Source: Fidelibacterota bacterium (lineage in GTDB: Bacteria > Fidelibacterota > UBA2242). Taken from it: a stretch of 22,130 nucleotides of DNA. This document shows, one piece after another, positions 17,742 to 22,130 of this stretch. The notes beneath the pieces are model-generated. The model was not told the DNA's origin. It saw nothing but the letters and a program-made list of their open reading frames with translations, and made no database searches. Position numbers and translations under genes: made by a program. The DNA lies in NCBI GenBank assembly GCA_049975265.1, contig JBNGDF010000033.1:1-22130 (forward strand). Direction: 5' to 3'. How positions within the stretch are numbered: position 1 is the stretch's first letter; each line of letters starts with the position of its first letter.

Positions 17742-20603
17742 TTACAGATTCAAATCCAGAGATATTACCCAGCGTAATGCAAAAGGGTTTTTGTTATCCA
17801 CCGGATGGGAGACCCAGAAGGGGATATGCATCCCGACCGCGACGGTTTCCAAAGTATTGAACTCGGTGCCGATGCCGGCATCAAATTTCAACTGCCCGGT
17901 GTTTATATCATAGATGGATTGTGAAATTAAGCCGCTGTCGAAAAAGAGGATCAGGTCGAAAGCGGTGGGCTCAATGGCGGCGTAGCTCCAGCGAATTTCC
18001 GTGTTGCTGGTGATAATATTCCGCCCTTTGGGCGAATTGGCACCGTAACCGCGCATATCACCGGCGCCCTTGACCAGGCGAAATGATTTGAAACTCATGT
18101 TTTCCAGGGTGTTTTTTCCGAAAAAGTAGAAATAATTCTGCAGCGGAATCTGCCCGCCGGAAACACCCACAAAAATCCGCTGGTACAGCCAGATATCATG
18201 GGCAGGTCGGTATTTCAGCTGAGTGTCGAAAACCAGTTTCTGAAAGCGGTAATCCGTATCAAATTCAGGTAGACCAAGGCTGAAATTGAGGCGGGTTATG
18301 TGACGGTAATTGCCCCAATTGTGAAAGTTGATGAATTCGGTAAAGGGATTGAAGAGTTTGCCTTTCTGCCAGTTGTTTTCACTGAGAAATTCAAGGGTAC
18401 GGATATTCTGGTAGCGCACGCCGAAATTTAATTTTTTATAGCCCTGAATTTTGTGCAGTAACGGATATTTGATTTCGCCAATATAAATTTCCGATTTGAC
18501 GGAGGTCTCATTCAGACCGAAGTAGTCGCGCGACCGAAAATGGATTCGTGGTTGAAAAAACAGAGTCAAAATTGAAGTGCTGTAGCTGACATCATAACCC
18601 ACTGTTTGACTGCGGATTCCATAGTTGAGTCCAAGTGTCCACTCATCCAGGCTTTGGGATGGAAAGAGGGGGCGCATATTGATCCAGTAGCGACCGCGAA
18701 ATTTGATGCCGATCCGACCGGCGTCACGGCGGTTAAAGTCGAAAGTGGGGTAGTAAAATATTTGGTAAGCGTCAATATTCGGCAGGGCGATCAGAAAGTT
18801 GAACAGCACTTTCGAGGGATAGTTGTTGTTCAGGCGGTTAAATTCCCAGATTTTGCGGTTCGGGTCCAGGGCGATTTTCTGTAACGGGAATTGGGAGAAA
18901 AAAATGGTTGTGTCACATCCAGTGGGATTAACGCCGGTCAAGGTACGCAGTGTATCCAGGTTTTTAGCAATGGCTTCAATCTCCACGGGCATGGCTTTCA
19001 GGGCGGCGCCGCTGGTGATCACCCGGATTTCGTAGTGATTTTCCGATTCAATATAATTCTGTTTTACTCTTTTAATTTTAATATCCGGGATGTTGTCGGA
19101 GTTTATCCACAATTCCTCAAACAGCGTCAACTCTTTCCCGCTGCTTTGCTCCAATATTATGATAAAATCCCGGGCACGGGCAGGCTGATAGGCGAAGCGG
19201 TCCAGAAATTCCAGAAGGGCGGTTTGGAACAGTGAATCACCTACATAGGTCTGAAGCATCTGCAACACTTTCTGGCTTTTGAAATATTGAATCTGATCCA
19301 CCAGCAACGGGGTGTCACTCTTTGCCAAACGGGATTGTAGCGGACGCCCGATGTTTTCCTGGGCGGCTGCCAGAGCAGCCAGGCGGAGCAGTGTATCGCC
19401 CGGTTTTAAATCGTCAGCCGGTTTAAGCTGGTTGCTTTTGACCAGGTTTTGGTAGTGGCTGCGCATATAATTGTTTGCCACATAACCGGCTAATCCGGTG
19501 TGAATCCAGTCGGAAACATCGGGATATTCAAAAATAAAATAGTGAAAATACTGCTCGGCAATTGACTGGGCATAGGCATTGATGGAGTGGTAGTCCAGCC
19601 TGGCAATCTCGTTAAGCTCTTTGGCGCTCAGGATAATCAGGTTGGCGGTGGTCACGCCGCCGGGAATTTTCGCCGTGGTTATTGCAAGATGATTATGCGG
19701 GTAAGGAATGATGCGGGCATTAAAATCATCAAGAATGCTTTGGGTTACTCTTTGCAGTGTCGTGTTTTTCGAGAGTCGGAAGCGCCGGTCCACGGATTTG
19801 GGCATCATGATCTGAATAGCGACATCATTGTACTCGAAGGGAATGATCGTCTGATTGGCGGAAAAGACAATCGCCAAATCGCGGATGACAGCCGGCTGGA
19901 AGCGATGCTCCTTAAATCCTTGTCGGACCGTCTGAACCGTGTCAATGTTCAGGGAACTGACCACGGCATAATTTTCGGGTAGTTGCATACTCAGGCTGTA
20001 AATTGCCGGGTCAATCGTGCTGGGAGCCAGACGCCCATATTTTGGAGGTGTCCAGCCCGCTGATTCGAACTGTTCGACTTTGGGAAAAAAGTTAATCAGG
20101 CGAAAGTCCGACCCGCTGTAGCTGGGGCAGGAAGGATGGTTGCCTTCCGGTATGGTAATGGAGTAATCAATCTCAAGGACGATGCTGCTGTCAACGGGAA
20201 CGGCATTCGGCAGGATCACGAGCAGACTGGTAATTTGTAACAATTTATAATCACAGGAAGTCCCGGAACCAGTGATTGACCGGATATTCAATTGCAATGG
20301 CTCATTGAGCAGGTTTTCACTCTCCTGATAGTAGCGGCTGCGGGTGGAAGCGTAGGCATTGGGTGTAATATGGAAAAAGATGGTATCCAACGGAACTGGT
20401 GAATGATTGGTAATTCTAATTTCTTCCTGAATCGTGACTGCGTGATGCGGTTCGGCAAACCGGATGTCAAAATGATAGCGGCAGTCCAGCCCTTTTGCTG
20501 ATGCTAACAGTGACGCTATCAGGATAGTTACCGGGACCGAAAGGACAAACTTGGAAAGGCGGAAATAAGAGGCTGTTTTCCTATCTGAATCCGATCGAAT
20601 CAT
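17742..20603 (-). CDS. M1 aminopeptidase-like protein with degenerate active site, fused to a C-terminal Omp85/BamA-TamA-like beta-barrel
   Basis: M1-like N-terminus (ITNHSPVPLDTIFFHITPNAY, NFFPK, RDLAIVFS, PYPH, YFKSQKVLQML, LDPNRKIWEFNRLNN). C-terminus with amphipathic strands, GDMRGY, LFFDSG, KFDAGIG and terminal WVISLDLNL. Confidence 0.75.
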   Translation of the reverse strand: MIRSDSDRKTASYFRLSKFVLSVPVTILIASLLASAKGLDCRYHFDIRFAEPHHAVTIQEEIRITNHSPVPLDTIFFHITPNAYASTRSRYYQESENLLNEPLQLNIRSITGSGTSCDYKLLQITSLLVILPNAVPVDSSIVLEIDYSITIPEGNHPSCPSYSGSDFRLINFFPKVEQFESAGWTPPKYGRLAPSTIDPAIYSLSMQLPENYAVVSSLNIDTVQTVRQGFKEHRFQPAVIRDLAIVFSANQTIIPFEYNDVAIQIMMPKSVDRRFRLSKNTTLQRVTQSILDDFNARIIPYPHNHLAITTAKIPGGVTTANLIILSAKELNEIARLDYHSINAYAQSIAEQYFHYFIFEYPDVSDWIHTGLAGYVANNYMRSHYQNLVKSNQLKPADDLKPGDTLLRLAALAAAQENIGRPLQSRLAKSDTPLLVDQIQYFKSQKVLQMLQTYVGDSLFQTALLEFLDRFAYQPARARDFIIILEQSSGKELTLFEELWINSDNIPDIKIKRVKQNYIESENHYEIRVITSGAALKAMPVEIEAIAKNLDTLRTLTGVNPTGCDTTIFFSQFPLQKIALDPNRKIWEFNRLNNNYPSKVLFNFLIALPNIDAYQIFYYPTFDFNRRDAGRIGIKFRGRYWINMRPLFPSQSLDEWTLGLNYGIRSQTVGYDVSYSTSILTLFFQPRIHFRSRDYFGLNETSVKSEIYIGEIKYPLLHKIQGYKKLNFGVRYQNIRTLEFLSENNWQKGKLFNPFTEFINFHNWGNYRHITRLNFSLGLPEFDTDYRFQKLVFDTQLKYRPAHDIWLYQRIFVGVSGGQIPLQNYFYFFGKNTLENMSFKSFRLVKGAGDMRGYGANSPKGRNIITSNTEIRWSYAAIEPTAFDLILFFDSGLISQSIYDINTGQLKFDAGIGTEFNTLETVAVGMHIPFWVSHPVDNKNPFALRWVISLDLNL

Positions 20604-20663
20604 GCCAAAAATATAAGGATAATAATGAAATTTACAAGGTGCGTTCGCGGTGCGGCTCGTTTG

Positions 20664-20692
20664 TTGACACTTCGGTGGATTTATCTTAAATT
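20664..20692 (+). promoter_or_regulatory. Sigma70-type promoter of the tRNA gene
   Basis: TTGACA (20664-20669), 17 nt, TAAATT (20687-20692), then a GC-rich discriminator-like CCCGC, 15 nt before the tRNA. Confidence 0.75.
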
Positions 20693-20707
20693 AACCCGCT
20701 TTTTCGC

Positions 20708-20779
20708 GCCTCGGTAGCTCAATGGTAGAGCAGCGGCCTCTTAAGCCGACGGTTGAAGGTTCGAGTCCTTCCCGGGGTA
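20708..20779 (+). tRNA. tRNA-Lys(CTT), CCA not encoded
   Basis: Acceptor GCCTCGG/CCGGGGT; D arm GCTC-AATGGTA-GAGC; anticodon arm GCGGC-CTCTTAA-GCCGA; T arm GAAGG-TTCGAGT-CCTTC; discriminator A. Confidence 0.95.
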
Positions 20780-21076
20780 CTTCATTATTAAAACAAAGGT
20801 TTAGATAAAATCCCTTTAAAGTTTTTATTGAATTTTGTCTGTTTATTTGGTTGTAAATATGAATCATTATCAATCAATCTTATCCTCTATAAGTTCCGTA
20901 TCCACATCCCGTATCCGTCTCTTTCTAACTCATGTAAATTAGAGTTTTGGAATATATTGCCTGATCCGGAAAAAGTATTTTTATGATTTTATTGAATATT
21001 TTCAGATTAGATTCTCTTATTAGACATCTTTTTAATTTTCATATTTTATGGGAAAACATTACAATAACAACCAATT

Positions 21077-22130
21077 ATGAATAGTTATTATAAACATTAT
21101 TTATTGTTATTTGTGCTTGTAATTATCTGTTTTGGTGGTGATAATACTCAATATTTAAGCTTTGACACAAAAGTATCATATAAATCTCTTTGCCAGTATG
21201 TGTCTCCAGGTATAGTTGTTTTTGCTGAAGAATCTATGAATAAGCTATATAATGACTTATATGTTGACAGTATATCAACTATTTTTACAAGTCAACATTC
21301 TTATAGAGGCCCTAAAATATTTGTTTCGGGTTTATCAACATACACAATGCAGGATTATTTTGATATTGGGATATATTTTAAAAACCTTATTGCTCAAATA
21401 TATATTGGAGATCGAATTTATAGTTGGTATGATCAAGGATCACATCCTGCAAAGTCATATTTTTATGAGAGTGAGAATTTATCATATCTTGAAGGTGGGT
21501 CAGGATTTTTAAATATTGGTGCAAATTTTAAACATTTTAGTATTGTGTATTCGTATTATGATCTTTGGTTAAAATTACATCAAAAATATGAATGGGAATA
21601 TGATAGTTATTATGGTAAAATAACGCATATTTCTGATCCAGAAACTGAAGAGTCCAGGACCGAAGAAATAAAAACGGCAATACAAAAGTATATCCCAGAG
21701 AGTTTTCGTGAGAATGAGTGGACTGTATTTGAAAAAAATACTCGAGGAATTATGTTTTTTTCTCCATTTTATAATACTAAACTTTATTTTAGTAAGAACT
21801 ATTGGTCTTTTGAAACTACCGGGATAGGTTTAAATTCAACCAAAAAGAACTTATTCTCAAATTTCTTAGATAATTTTAGTAGAATATCGATAGATCCCTT
21901 TAGTTTTCTTTATTGGACCACAAATAGGGATTATAAAAAGTACATTCCTATTGAAAATGTATTTTTCAATGTAAACCAAATATTTCATGGTAGAAATTTT
22001 TATGACCCTGATCGGATTATTGCAAGTATTGCATTAAACCATTCAGTACAATATCCAAATAAACGATGTTTAGTTCATATAAAACTCAAAGGCGCAATCG
22101 ATACTGATTTTGATTTTATTATCAAGGATT
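21077..22130 (+). CDS. Hypothetical exported protein, truncated by the window end (at least 351 codons)
   Basis: Manual translation from ATG 21077 (MNSYYKHYLLLFVLVIICFGGDNTQYLSFDTKV...DTDFDFIIKD) shows no stop up to 22130. This is very unlikely by chance in such AT-rich DNA. Hydrophobic N-terminal segment. Confidence 0.8.
   Translation, partial: MNSYYKHYLLLFVLVIICFGGDNTQYLSFDTKVSYKSLCQYVSPGIVVFAEESMNKLYNDLYVDSISTIFTSQHSYRGPKIFVSGLSTYTMQDYFDIGIYFKNLIAQIYIGDRIYSWYDQGSHPAKSYFYESENLSYLEGGSGFLNIGANFKHFSIVYSYYDLWLKLHQKYEWEYDSYYGKITHISDPETEESRTEEIKTAIQKYIPESFRENEWTVFEKNTRGIMFFSPFYNTKLYFSKNYWSFETTGIGLNSTKKNLFSNFLDNFSRISIDPFSFLYWTTNRDYKKYIPIENVFFNVNQIFHGRNFYDPDRIIASIALNHSVQYPNKRCLVHIKLKGAIDTDFDFIIKD

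Noticed and set aside
618..20470. Numerous 60-194 aa antisense or alternate-frame ORFs within the long genes
   Set aside because: No recognisable motifs; expected shadows of long coding regions at moderate GC.
20708..20779. Pyrrolysine or suppressor tRNA, suggested by G1:U72
   Set aside because: The anticodon is CTT, with a canonical D-loop GG, TTC T-loop and normal arm lengths.
20691..20873. 60-aa minus-strand ORF
   Set aside because: Antisense to the tRNA; PREGLEPST is the typical translation of a reverse-complemented tRNA.
20895..20920. TCCGTA/TCCACA/TCCCGTA/TCCGTC short iterations
   Set aside because: Four degenerate hexamers; too short to distinguish from chance.
21252..21512. 86-aa ORF in the track
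   Set aside because: It lies out of frame inside the much longer ORF starting at 21077.

Overview
Bacterial chromosomal segment. By inference it comes from an FCB-group-like lineage, because two secreted proteins end in NYPNPFNP-type C-terminal sorting domains. (1) 1-7942, + strand: a low-GC GxxExxY PD-(D/E)XK nuclease gene bracketed by a perfect 52-bp direct repeat built on three CTCTGTG heptamers. It is followed by a tightly packed run: HD-family protein (HD changed to CD), fused LeuC-LeuD/homoaconitase-like dehydratase, class V PLP enzyme, LemA, two TPM proteins and an HEXXH metallopeptidase lipoprotein, ending at a bidirectional terminator. (2) 8043-20603, - strand: an M1-aminopeptidase-like protein that has lost its zinc and catalytic motifs and is fused to an Omp85-like barrel; a ~2527-aa modular secreted EEP nuclease/phosphatase; and a 582-aa secreted protein with no recognisable catalytic domain. 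The last two share four copies of a ~120-aa module I do not recognise. (3) tRNA-Lys(CTT) with a sigma70-type promoter, followed at once by AT-rich DNA carrying a long ORF that runs off the window and is missing from the ORF track. The best candidates for undescribed biology are the repeat-flanked GxxExxY cassette, the pseudo-peptidase-barrel fusion and the shared-module protein pair. All family assignments come from motif reading by eye; no searches were run.
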